From Chryseobacterium sp. (GTDB lineage Bacteria > Bacteroidota > Bacteroidia > Flavobacteriales > Weeksellaceae): a stretch of 64,000 nt of DNA. How positions within the stretch are numbered: position 1 is the first letter of the stretch; each line of letters starts with the position of its first letter. Where the stretch lies: positions 16,334-80,333 of the forward strand of contig NZ_JAVVZM010000008.1 in the NCBI RefSeq assembly GCF_036650535.1, read 5' to 3'. The translations under genes and the position numbers were made by a program. The notes beneath the pieces were generated by a model. It searched no databases, was not told the origin of the DNA, and saw only the letters and a list, made by a program, of their open reading frames with translations. Below, piece by piece: positions 36,648 to 46,084 of the stretch.

Positions 36648-38531
36648 ATGAAAAATATTTTAGCATTCTTATTTCTCACTTTTTCACTTTTATCTTATTC
36701 GCAGGACAATTATGTTCATTTTATTACCAAGAAGCAACAGTTTCTGAATCTTTCCGGAAAACCGTTGACTGATAAATTTACCAATATGAAATCTGTAAAA
36801 GTGGTTTATGATTATGGTGCGAAAAAATTATACTTCTTTAACAGTACGAGATATACCTATCATTATGATTTTTGCTCACAGGTTTTAGGCTATGGTCAGG
36901 AAATAGGAGAATTTAATAAAGAATGTTATAATCCAACCAGTAAACGGACATATCTTCTTGCTAATATCAATTACCTCGCAGATTCTGACGATTGGGTGAT
37001 GGAGTTGGCTGCTTCAGACGAAATGAATGCAGGTTTGATCAATTTCTTCTTTAATGAAGTTAATAAAAATGTGTTTTTCAAAGATAAACTTAAGTTTTAT
37101 CTGAATTCTCCGCATGTAATCGGCTTAAACTCAAAAAAAGCATTAAAAATTCCAACCGTTTTCTCTGATTTTATTTTTAAAAGAATTACAGAACAGTCGA
37201 TTGAGAATGCTTCTAATGTAGGAATTTTGAAAAAGTATGATTTGCAGAAAAAAGAAGATTTTAATCCATCATCAGATGAAATTATCATCATTAATACAAC
37301 TCCCGAGTTTATTCCTACTGTAAAAGGAATTATCATAACAGAACTTCAAACACCTTTAAGTCATTTGGTTTTGCTGGCTAAAAACAGAAATATTCCGGTT
37401 TATGTAGATACAAAAATTTGGGAAAAGGAATCTGTAAATAATCTTTTGGGCAAAAAAGTAGAATTAATTACCAAAGAAAATTCTTATTCATTAAAAGCTT
37501 CACAAAAACCAATTCCCGCTAAAAAAGTGGTGAAAAAGATCATATTGAAAAGAGATCTTTCGGTTACAAACTTGGTTGATTTAGAAACAGCAACCCCTTT
37601 AAATATTGTTAATGCTATCGGTTCAAAAGCGACTAATCTTGGACTTTTAAAACAGATTCAGAAAGAATTAAAGTCCTATAAAACTCCGGAATATGCTTTT
37701 GCCATTCCGTTTTATTATTTTGATCAGCATCTTAAGGATAATCATTTTCAGGACAAGATTAATGCACTGTACACAATACCCAAAGATTCTGTAAAACTTT
37801 TGGAAAAGGAATTAAAAGCATTCAGAAAAACGGTGAAAAACTCAAAAGTAAATCCTGAGCTTTTGAAGAAAATAGAAGAAAAGCTCAATGCTCAAACTGA
37901 TTTTAAAAACTTCAGATTCCGTTCTTCAACCAATGCCGAAGATATGGAAGGATTCAACGGAGCCGGATTATATGATTCCAAAACCGCAATAATCGGAGAT
38001 GCAGACAAAACTATTGAAAAAGCTATTCTGGATGTATGGTCAAGCTTCTGGAATTTCCGTGCGTTTCAGGAACGTGATTTGTTTGGAATCGATCATGAAA
38101 GTTGCGCAATGGGAGTTTTAGTGCACCGTTCTTTCCCAGACGAAAAAGCCAACGGAGTTTTGGTCACCAGAAATTTATACCGTGATCAATATGCAGGAAT
38201 TACTGTGAATGTTCAATTAGGAGAAGAGTCTGTAGTGAAACCAGAACCGAGCGTAACCTGTGACGAATTTTATTGTCATAATTTCAACGGATTCGGTTCG
38301 TTTGTGGTCGATTACCGCTCTACATCTAGCTTAAACAGTGGAAAACCAATTCTTACAGAAACTGAAATTAAAAAGCTGTTTGATATTTCTCCTGTGTTAG
38401 AACGAAAACTATATCTTCTTTGGCAGAAACGAAAAATGGCAAAAAGAAGCTATCCTTTAGATATTGAATTCAAATATTTGGGTGATGAAAAGCAATTGTA
38501 CATTAAGCAGGCAAGAGCTTATATGGATTAA
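36648..38531 (+). CDS. Exported PEP-utiliser/dikinase-like protein (signal peptide, N-domain, phospho-His domain, ATP-grasp PPDK_N domain)
   Basis: Signal peptide MKNILAFLFLTFSLLSYS-Q; GIIITELQTPLSHLVLLAKNRNIP (His239); GSKATNL, RSSTNAEDMEGFNGAGLYDS and DIEF...YIKQAR motifs. Confidence 0.85.
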   Translation: MKNILAFLFLTFSLLSYSQDNYVHFITKKQQFLNLSGKPLTDKFTNMKSVKVVYDYGAKKLYFFNSTRYTYHYDFCSQVLGYGQEIGEFNKECYNPTSKRTYLLANINYLADSDDWVMELAASDEMNAGLINFFFNEVNKNVFFKDKLKFYLNSPHVIGLNSKKALKIPTVFSDFIFKRITEQSIENASNVGILKKYDLQKKEDFNPSSDEIIIINTTPEFIPTVKGIIITELQTPLSHLVLLAKNRNIPVYVDTKIWEKESVNNLLGKKVELITKENSYSLKASQKPIPAKKVVKKIILKRDLSVTNLVDLETATPLNIVNAIGSKATNLGLLKQIQKELKSYKTPEYAFAIPFYYFDQHLKDNHFQDKINALYTIPKDSVKLLEKELKAFRKTVKNSKVNPELLKKIEEKLNAQTDFKNFRFRSSTNAEDMEGFNGAGLYDSKTAIIGDADKTIEKAILDVWSSFWNFRAFQERDLFGIDHESCAMGVLVHRSFPDEKANGVLVTRNLYRDQYAGITVNVQLGEESVVKPEPSVTCDEFYCHNFNGFGSFVVDYRSTSSLNSGKPILTETEIKKLFDISPVLERKLYLLWQKRKMAKRSYPLDIEFKYLGDEKQLYIKQARAYMD

Positions 38532-38552
38532 GTTTTTAATTATCAAAGTTTA

Positions 38553-38715
38553 TAATAAACGCAAAGATGATGTTTCTTTATGATAATTTAAGGAGCAAAG
38601 ATGAATCAATAAATTGATTTATAAAGCTTATGCATATTTCTTACGCTTAAGCGACTTGTTCGCTATTCTTTGCTCCTTAAATGTGATGCAATTTTATTAA
38701 AACTTTGCGTTATTA
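38553..38715. repeat. ~160-bp palindromic dispersed element, copy 2
   Basis: TAATAAACGCAAAG ... CTTTGCGTTATTA; inner arms TTTAAGGAGCAAAGA/TCTTTGCTCCTTAAA; core shared with 31261-31421. Confidence 0.75.
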
Positions 38716-38720
38716 AATCA

Positions 38721-39278
38721 TTAATGTGAAACTTTTAAAATCACAATATTATCATTAAGGTTAATGGTTTTAATATTGTAGCTAAAATTTTTCAGTTTGG
38801 TTTTTTCGGTTAAAACTCTTTTGCGTTCTGCTTCTTCCAATTGAAGAAAGTCTAAAGAAGAAATAACTTCAATTGAATTTTTTTCGGAAACAATTGGCGA
38901 CTTTTTTTCGAGATAATTTAAAACTAAATAAATCGCTACGATTGAAATGTTGATTCCTAAAAGAATTTCTAAATTTTTAATGGGTAAAAGTCCGTCTAAT
39001 AATGAAAGTGTGATGGAAACAAATAGGAAAACAATGGTTTGAATGGTAAAAGTCTCCGTTCTGAAACGCAGGATTGAAAAAATAGCAAAAAGACCAAAAC
39101 CTACTCCGAGACTATATTCCGCTTTGGTAAAAACTAGGCACATAAAAAATGTACAGACACTGATCAATCCCAAAAGAGGATGTAATCTGATGTTACGGTT
39201 TCTGTTTGAAAAATAATAAAGAGTAAAGATCGATATACAAAGTATCGCTAAACGTTCAAAAAGTTCCTGTAGTTCCAA
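38721..39278 (-). CDS. DUF4956-family membrane protein
   Basis: LGVGFGLFAIFSILRFRTE signature, four TM helices, TTG start, own TATATTTG -7 box at 39306-39299 on the minus strand. Confidence 0.85.
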   Translation of the reverse strand: MELQELFERLAILCISIFTLYYFSNRNRNIRLHPLLGLISVCTFFMCLVFTKAEYSLGVGFGLFAIFSILRFRTETFTIQTIVFLFVSITLSLLDGLLPIKNLEILLGINISIVAIYLVLNYLEKKSPIVSEKNSIEVISSLDFLQLEEAERKRVLTEKTKLKNFSYNIKTINLNDNIVILKVSH

Positions 39279-39343
39279 AATTGTGCTTTTAGTTTTGACA
39301 AATATACAATTTAGAATGAATGATTTTCAGAAAAAGTGTAATT

Positions 39344-39428
39344 CGTCATTTCGAGTAGGTTTTTGAAGAAAACCGTATCGAGAAATTTTTGTAAGAGTTC
39401 TCGATACGCTTCGCTACTCGAACTGACG
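39344..39428. repeat. REP-like nested palindrome
   Basis: CGTCA-TT-TCGAGTAG...CTACTCGA-AC-TGACG enclosing CGTATCGAGAA/TTCTCGATACG. Confidence 0.75.
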
Positions 39429-39505
39429 AGAAGCAGCTATAGTAAATAAAAAAAGGAAACACAATGTTTTAATTATGCTTCCTCAATATTATTATTTACA
39501 CGAAT

Positions 39506-40960
39506 TTAATTCCTAAACAGCTGTCTTACATCTGCAGAATCAAAAGTATAAGTTGCACTGTTTTCAGACTTATCTAGCTTTTTACTAATCGTCAAAGCCC
39601 ATAAAACCAATTCTTTGCAGAAGTTTTTGTCTTCTTGGCTCAATTCTGATGCATTTTCTTCAATAACGGTTGTCAATGGTGCAATGCTGTTGAGTTTATT
39701 ATAAAATTCTTCGTCGGTATCGGTATAATTGAGCTCCAAATGATTTTTGTTGAACCATTTGATCAAGTCGGTGTAGGGAGTTTTGATGCCTTCTTTTTCT
39801 AATTTTGAAATGCGCGGGAAAATACTCTCAAATTCCACCATAACGGCTTTGTCAATTAATATTTTGGCAACATAATCTGCACCTTCCTGTTCACCTTCGT
39901 AAACTAATTCAATCTTCCCGGTAATTGATGGAATAATCGACATGAAATCAAGCAGACGAATAGTAGTTTTATCGGCTTCGGTTTCTATTAATCGTAATTT
40001 TGCTGCAGCGACTAAGTTTTCCATTGCACTGATTGTTAAACGGGCACTTACGCCACTTTTTGCATCTACATATTCGCTGTCACGGGCTGCAAAAGCAACT
40101 TCTTCCAAAAGGTTTTTCGCTAAATCTGGAATTTGAATCTGTGCTTTATCTTCTGCAGAAATCTGAGCTTCTTGTTCGGTAATCTGTTTTGCTAAAGCAA
40201 TGGTTTTTGGATAATGCGTAAAAATCTGCGATCCAATCCTGTCTTTTAAAGGTGTTACGATGCTTCCTCGATTGGTGTAGTCTTCAGGATTTGCCGTAAA
40301 TACAAACTGAATATCCAAAGGCATTCTCAACTGAAATCCACGAATCTGAATGTCGCCTTCCTGCAAAATATTAAATAGAGAAACCTGAATTCTAGCCTGT
40401 AGATCGGGCAATTCATTCAATACAAAAATAGAACGATTCGCTCTTGGAATCATTCCGTAATGCAGAACACGCTCATCAGAATAGGGTAGCTTTAAAGTTG
40501 CGGCTTTAATAGGGTCGATATCGCCAATTAAATCGGCAACATTTACATCCGGAGTTGCCAATTTTTCAAAGAAACGATTCGAACGGTGAACCCACGAAAT
40601 TGGAGTTTCATCACCCAATTCAGCGATCATATCTCTCGCAAATTTTGAAATCGGTTGAAACGGACTATCATTGATTTCAGAACCTTTTACAATCGGCATA
40701 TATTCATCTAAAAGATTCACCATGCTTCTTGCGATTCTGGTTTTTGCTTGTCCGCGTAATCCCAAAAGATTAATATGATGTCCGGCTAAAATTGCTTTTT
40801 TCAATTGTGGAACTACAGAATCTTCATACCCCCAAAGTCCTTCAAAAACGGGTTCTTTTGCTTTGATTTTTGAAATCAAATTCGCCTGAATTTCCTGACT
40901 GATGGTTTTATCTGTATATCCTGATTTTTTTAATTCTTTGAATGTTGTATCGTTTTTCAT
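39506..40960 (-). CDS. AAA+ ATPase, magnesium-chelatase/MoxR-like
   Basis: GLRGQAKT Walker A, FVLNELPDL Walker B, FTANPEDYTNRG and PLKDR motifs. Confidence 0.88.
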   Translation of the reverse strand: MKNDTTFKELKKSGYTDKTISQEIQANLISKIKAKEPVFEGLWGYEDSVVPQLKKAILAGHHINLLGLRGQAKTRIARSMVNLLDEYMPIVKGSEINDSPFQPISKFARDMIAELGDETPISWVHRSNRFFEKLATPDVNVADLIGDIDPIKAATLKLPYSDERVLHYGMIPRANRSIFVLNELPDLQARIQVSLFNILQEGDIQIRGFQLRMPLDIQFVFTANPEDYTNRGSIVTPLKDRIGSQIFTHYPKTIALAKQITEQEAQISAEDKAQIQIPDLAKNLLEEVAFAARDSEYVDAKSGVSARLTISAMENLVAAAKLRLIETEADKTTIRLLDFMSIIPSITGKIELVYEGEQEGADYVAKILIDKAVMVEFESIFPRISKLEKEGIKTPYTDLIKWFNKNHLELNYTDTDEEFYNKLNSIAPLTTVIEENASELSQEDKNFCKELVLWALTISKKLDKSENSATYTFDSADVRQLFRN

Positions 40961-40983
40961 TTTTTGTAATGATGTTGTTATTA

Positions 40984-41117
40984 ATGGTTGGGTGTTGGAA
41001 GATTGAAGCTGGAAGTTAAACTAATTAAGAAATCAATTGATGACTTTATTGAAATTTTGCCAAATATTGAACTGCAAACTTTACAAACACCCAACATCCA
41101 GCTTCCCACATCCAACT
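40984..41117. repeat. Heptad-repeat hairpin between the VWA and ATPase genes
   Basis: GGTTGGGTGTTGGAAGATTGAAGCTGGAAGTT versus CACCCAACATCCAGCTTCCCACATCCAACTT. Confidence 0.6.
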
Positions 41118-42260
41118 TTATATTCTCTTAATCCTATTTTTCTCGTAATCTTCAAAAATCATTTGCCCCAAACCTGAAAGTCCTGTGAGGAAAGCTTTTC
41201 CTTTATTCTGAGCGGTAAAAGCATTTACAAACTGACGCAGATAAGGATCTTGGGCAATCATAAAAGTGGTAATTGGAATCTTCAATTTTCTGGCTTGTGC
41301 AGCTTTATTGAGGCATTCGGTTACAATTTTTTGGTCTAAACCTACACTGTTCATGTAATATTCACCGGTTGGAAGTTTCAGGCAACTCGGTTTTCCGTCG
41401 GTAATCATGAAAATCTGCTTGTTGGTATTTCTTTTTCTACGAAGAATATCCATTGCCAATTCCAATCCTGCAACGGTGTTGGTGTGATAAGGACCAACTT
41501 GCAAATAGGGAAGGTCTTTGATTTTTATTGGCCACGCTTCGTTTCCAAAAACGATAATATCGATGGAATCTTTTGGGTATTTTCTTTTAATTAATTCTAC
41601 TAAAGCCATCGCAACTTTTTTTGCAGGTGTGATGCGGTCTTCGCCATACAAAATCATCGAATGACTGATGTCAATCATCAAAACCGTACTCATTTGAGCT
41701 TTATGTTTGGTTTCTTCTACGATGAGGTCATCTTCGGTCATTCGCAAATCTGAAATTCCGTTGTTGATTTGTGCGTTTTTCAAGCTTTCGGTCATATTGA
41801 CGGTAGAAAGATCGTCGCCGTATTGGAAGTTTCTGTTTTCGCCATCACGCTCATCACCAACTCCAGATTTGTTGGTTCTGTGATTTCCAATCCCACTTTT
41901 TTTAAGCTTTCCGAAAATCTGATCTAAGGCATATTCTCGTAAAGCGGCTTCCAGTTTGGCGGTAAGAATGTTTTTACCTTTTCCTTTTCCTGAATTTCCA
42001 TCTTCAGAATCGTCTTCTTTTTTGATGTAACCTCTTTTTCTGAGGTCTTCTTCAAAATCCTCAAGCGTATATTCGTCGGTGAAAATATCGTATTCTTTAT
42101 CGAGCATATCGAGCCACTCAAAAGCTTCCTCAATATCTCCGGATGTGTGGGTCAACAAATCTTTGAACACATCAAAAACCCGGTCAAAATGCGATATATC
42201 TTCCGGTAAATGTTTGCTGAAGGTAAATCCCTGTTGAAAATTAAATTGTTTATCTGTCAT
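41118..42260 (-). CDS. VWA-domain protein, partner of the AAA+ ATPase
   Basis: MIDAS motif DISHSM, TNTVAGL and MITDGKP. Confidence 0.9.
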   Translation of the reverse strand: MTDKQFNFQQGFTFSKHLPEDISHFDRVFDVFKDLLTHTSGDIEEAFEWLDMLDKEYDIFTDEYTLEDFEEDLRKRGYIKKEDDSEDGNSGKGKGKNILTAKLEAALREYALDQIFGKLKKSGIGNHRTNKSGVGDERDGENRNFQYGDDLSTVNMTESLKNAQINNGISDLRMTEDDLIVEETKHKAQMSTVLMIDISHSMILYGEDRITPAKKVAMALVELIKRKYPKDSIDIIVFGNEAWPIKIKDLPYLQVGPYHTNTVAGLELAMDILRRKRNTNKQIFMITDGKPSCLKLPTGEYYMNSVGLDQKIVTECLNKAAQARKLKIPITTFMIAQDPYLRQFVNAFTAQNKGKAFLTGLSGLGQMIFEDYEKNRIKRI

Positions 42261-42387
42261 GAGATGAATCTCGTTTTTAGAAAAGACAAGTTAGGGAAAT
42301 ATTGTAAGAAGAAATGCAGTTGGAAAATAGAAAATGTGGATGATGGCGATAGTTGATAAAAATTTGAAGTACTAAAATTCTGTAACA

Positions 42388-42939
42388 TTATCGAGGCTTT
42401 AAATTTTGAAACCCTTTTTCTAATGCTTTAAATTGTTGTGTTTGATTATCTAATTGGTATTTTTTTGTAATCTGATAATCTGTTTTTTCTTCAATATTTT
42501 CATCTATGAATGACAATTGATCACCTTCTAGAATATATTCTCCAAAGTAATGTCTGCTTTCTCCATGCCAATATTCATTTATTTCAAAAGTTTTATCTCG
42601 ATAGAGTTTTACTTCATATCCAATCTGTTTGAGTAAAAAATTATTTGAAACATAAAACTTTAAATGTACTTCCTTTTTTGATTGCCTGTAATTAAGTAAC
42701 AGGTTTATTCCGAATAAAATAATTAGGAAAGAAAGGATAAGGTTTGTTCTTAGGGTTCTTATTTTATTTTCGAGATCATAAAAATAGATTGCAATGACAT
42801 TTAAAATAATTAGAATCGTTAAAACAGGGAAGATAATAATATTTGATCTTGAAGCTGTAAAGTCGACATATAATTGTGTTTGAGATATTAAAATCAAAAA
42901 AAGAGTAATTAGGCTTAAATATTTAATTAAAAATTTCAT
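42388..42939 (-). CDS. Hypothetical membrane protein
   Basis: Three N-terminal TM helices and a soluble beta-rich tail; start placed at ATG 42939. Confidence 0.65.
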   Translation of the reverse strand: MKFLIKYLSLITLFLILISQTQLYVDFTASRSNIIIFPVLTILIILNVIAIYFYDLENKIRTLRTNLILSFLIILFGINLLLNYRQSKKEVHLKFYVSNNFLLKQIGYEVKLYRDKTFEINEYWHGESRHYFGEYILEGDQLSFIDENIEEKTDYQITKKYQLDNQTQQFKALEKGFQNLKPR

Positions 42940-43062
42940 TTCGATTAATTTTCTAACCAAGAAAATCAAATATACCAAACATTTTATAAGAAATTTTTGA
43001 TAAATCTAGTTAAGATTGATTTTTAAGTTGTAAACCTTATCTTTGCACGATTAAAATTCAGC

Positions 43063-43767
43063 ATGAAAGACTTAATGGGACGCGCAATCTGGGATTATTT
43101 TCATAATGAAAATCCTGAAGATTTGCAGACTGAAACTTCAATTTCCGAACTCGATGAGCTTCCGGTAGAATATCTTTTCAGAGATTTGGAAGGAATGAAT
43201 AAAATCGAAAAGAAAGCTCTAAAACTAGCTGACGGAAAAGTTCTGGATATTGGAGCAGGGGCGGGTTCACATTCGTTGTATCTTCAAAATGAAAGAAATT
43301 TAGAGGTTACTGCTTTAGATATTTCCCCAAAATCAATTGAGGTTTGTCAATCAAGGGGAATTCAAAAGGCAGTTGCTCAGAATATGCTTGAGTTTTCTGG
43401 TGAAACTTTTGATACAATTCTTTTGTTAATGAACGGAACCGGAATTTTTCAAAGTCTGAAAGTCATTGATATTTATCTTAAAAAACTTCATTCTTTATTA
43501 AATAAAAACGGACAGATTCTTATTGATAGCACCGATATTCTGTATATGTTCGATGCCGATGAAGACGGCGGAGTTTACATTCCTGCAGAAGGATATTATG
43601 GTGAATTGGATTATATCGTTCATTACAAAGGAGAGTCTGAAGATCCTATCAAATGGCTGTATCTTGATTTTAATACCTTAAAAAATGCTGCGGAAAATAA
43701 CGGTTTTAAAATAGAAAAACTTATTCAGGATGAAGATTCTTATCTAGCAAAACTGACGAAGAAATAA
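43063..43767 (+). CDS. Class I SAM-dependent methyltransferase
   Basis: VLDIGAGAG and FDTILLLMNG motifs; TATCTTTG -7 box at 43038-43045. Confidence 0.9.
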   Translation: MKDLMGRAIWDYFHNENPEDLQTETSISELDELPVEYLFRDLEGMNKIEKKALKLADGKVLDIGAGAGSHSLYLQNERNLEVTALDISPKSIEVCQSRGIQKAVAQNMLEFSGETFDTILLLMNGTGIFQSLKVIDIYLKKLHSLLNKNGQILIDSTDILYMFDADEDGGVYIPAEGYYGELDYIVHYKGESEDPIKWLYLDFNTLKNAAENNGFKIEKLIQDEDSYLAKLTKK

Positions 43768-43984
43768 TTTGATTTTTTTAAATTATAAGTCTTTATCTTT
43801 ACAATAAATTGAAAGCCAATTCCGATGAGGTTTTGACTTTTTATTTTAGATTAAATCCAAATTGTATTTTTAATTAATTGATTTGTAGTTGATTGTATTG
43901 TTGTTTTTGTCAAGAGTAAAGAACTGAACTTTTCACGGAATCATTTTTGTATTTATAACTATAATCACACTTAAATATACAATT

Positions 43985-44536
43985 ATGAATACCAACAGAC
44001 TTTCACCTGCGCTGGAAAAAGCTTTAAGCGACCAGATGAATAAAGAAATTCACGCTTCACACACATTTTTATCGTACGGAATTTGGGCAGATGATAAAGG
44101 TTATCAGGGAATTGCCAATTTTTTATACCGTCATTCGCAGGAAGAGAGAAATCATTCCATAAAATTTATGGAGTACGTTTTAAACAGAGGCGGAAAACCA
44201 AAAGTAGATGCCATTCCGGCTCCACCTGCAGATCCAGAAACTTTATCGGCTTGTTTCGATGGTGTTTTTCAACATGAAGTAGACAATACAACCTCTATTT
44301 ACAGGCTTGTAGATTTGGCTTTGGAAGAAAAAGACTGGGCAACATGGAATTTTATGCAGTGGTTTGTTCAGGAACAAATCGAGGAAGAAACTTTAGCTTC
44401 CAATTTAATAGATAAATTAAAAATTGCTGGAGGTGATAGAGCTACAGACGAATCATTATTTAACTTAGATAGTGCAATGGCTTCAGCTCCAAACGATGTT
44501 CCGTTGGCTCAGGAAGCTACAGGGAATAATCCATAA
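43985..44536 (+). CDS. ftn: Non-heme ferritin
   Basis: QMNKE, EERNHSIKF, HEVDNT and WFVQEQIEEE ferroxidase residues. Confidence 0.93.
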   Translation: MNTNRLSPALEKALSDQMNKEIHASHTFLSYGIWADDKGYQGIANFLYRHSQEERNHSIKFMEYVLNRGGKPKVDAIPAPPADPETLSACFDGVFQHEVDNTTSIYRLVDLALEEKDWATWNFMQWFVQEQIEEETLASNLIDKLKIAGGDRATDESLFNLDSAMASAPNDVPLAQEATGNNP

Positions 44537-44692
44537 ACGTAAATAGGCAAAAAAAAATATTTTAGAAAATCCGTCAAATTATTGGCGGATTTTTTTATTA
44601 TGAATTCCACCGTAAAATCACTATATTTGCAGGCTGAAAGTGAAAGGTAATATCACCTTACACTTTAAACCTTAAACTTTGAATCTAACGTT

Positions 44693-45784
44693 ATGAAATG
44701 TGGAATCGTAGGCTTACCGAATGTAGGTAAATCAACTCTTTTTAACTGCTTAAGCAATGCTAAAGCGCAGTCAGCTAATTATCCTTTCTGTACTATCGAG
44801 CCTAACTTGGGAACGGTTTCTGTACCGGATCAGAGATTATTTGAGCTTGAAAAATTGGTAAATCCTGAAAGAGTTTTGCCAGCTGTTGTAGAGATCGTAG
44901 ATATTGCAGGTCTTGTAAAAGGAGCGAGTAAAGGAGAAGGTTTAGGAAACCAATTCTTGGCAAACATTCGTGAGTGTGAAGCCATTATTCATGTTTTAAG
45001 ATGTTTTGAAAACGGAAATATTATCCACGTTGAAGGTTCAGTAGATCCTTTGAGAGATAAAGATATTATCGATATCGAGCTTCAGTTAAAAGATTTGGAA
45101 ACAGTGGGTAAAGCTGTTGAAAAAGCGAAAAAATTCATCAAATCTGGTAAGAAAGAAGATTTATTAACCTACGAAACACTTCAAAATCTTCAGAAACATC
45201 TTGAAGACGGTAGAAATGCAAGAGAATTTGCAATGGATGATTTTGCAAAGTCGGTAATTGGTGAAGTTCAACTTTTAACTAATAAACCAGTTCTTTACGT
45301 TTGTAATGTGGATGAAAATTCTATTAAAAACGGAAACGAATGGATTGCAAAGATTGAAGAAATGGCTAAAGGTGAAGGTGCTGAAACAGTAGTTTTGGCA
45401 GCTCAAATCGAAGCTGATATCAATGAATTGGAAACTTTCGAAGAAAGAGAAATTTTTTTGGAAGAATTAGGTCTTACAGAGCCTGGAGTAAACCGTTTGA
45501 TCAGAAAAGCTTACGATTTATTAAAGCTTCAGACATATTTTACAGCAGGTGTAAAAGAAGTAAGAGCTTGGACAATCGGACAAGGTTGGACGGCTCCTCA
45601 AGCTGCTGGAGTAATTCACACAGATTTCGAAAAAGGTTTCATCCGTGCAGAAGTAATCAGATACAATGATTATGTAACGTATGGTTCTGAAGCAAAAGTA
45701 AAAGAAGCTGGAAAGCTTTCTGTAGAAGGTAAAGAATACATCGTTCAGGACGGTGATATCATGCACTTCAGATTTAATGTTTAA
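44693..45784 (+). CDS. ychF: Redox-regulated ATPase YchF
   Basis: GIVGLPNVGKSTLFN, ANYPFCTIEPN, DIAGLV and IHTDFEKGFIRAE; TATATTTG -7 box at 44622-44629. Confidence 0.99.
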   Translation: MKCGIVGLPNVGKSTLFNCLSNAKAQSANYPFCTIEPNLGTVSVPDQRLFELEKLVNPERVLPAVVEIVDIAGLVKGASKGEGLGNQFLANIRECEAIIHVLRCFENGNIIHVEGSVDPLRDKDIIDIELQLKDLETVGKAVEKAKKFIKSGKKEDLLTYETLQNLQKHLEDGRNAREFAMDDFAKSVIGEVQLLTNKPVLYVCNVDENSIKNGNEWIAKIEEMAKGEGAETVVLAAQIEADINELETFEEREIFLEELGLTEPGVNRLIRKAYDLLKLQTYFTAGVKEVRAWTIGQGWTAPQAAGVIHTDFEKGFIRAEVIRYNDYVTYGSEAKVKEAGKLSVEGKEYIVQDGDIMHFRFNV

Positions 45785-45852
45785 AAATATTAAAAGTTAG
45801 TTATATAGTATTTTAAAATACGCTTCCATGAATTTGGGAGCGTTTTTTTTTG

Positions 45853-46026
45853 TTAAACCACAAAAGCCACAAAAGTTGATGGATGTTTGATTTAAACGTT
45901 TGAAAACAGAAAGTTCACAAAATGAAATTAAAGATTATCAACAGTTTTTTTGTTCTTAAATGAGTTTTTTAGTAACCTTAAATTATTCTTATATTTTTAA
46001 AAGCTTTTGTGACTTTTGTGGTTAAA
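45853..46026. repeat. Palindromic dispersed element with 9-bp unit arms
   Basis: TTAAACCACAAAAGCCACAAAAG ... CTTTTGTGACTTTTGTGGTTAAA. Confidence 0.75.
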
Positions 46027-46084
46027 ATTATTTCAATCAATTTTTATATTTCTTCCTATATTTGAATTATACAAATTCCGCATC

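Noticed and set aside
36648-38531. Annotation as PEP synthase, PPDK or rifampin phosphotransferase
   Set aside because: Domain order is reversed, the pyruvate-binding barrel or rifampin-binding domain is absent, and a signal peptide is present.
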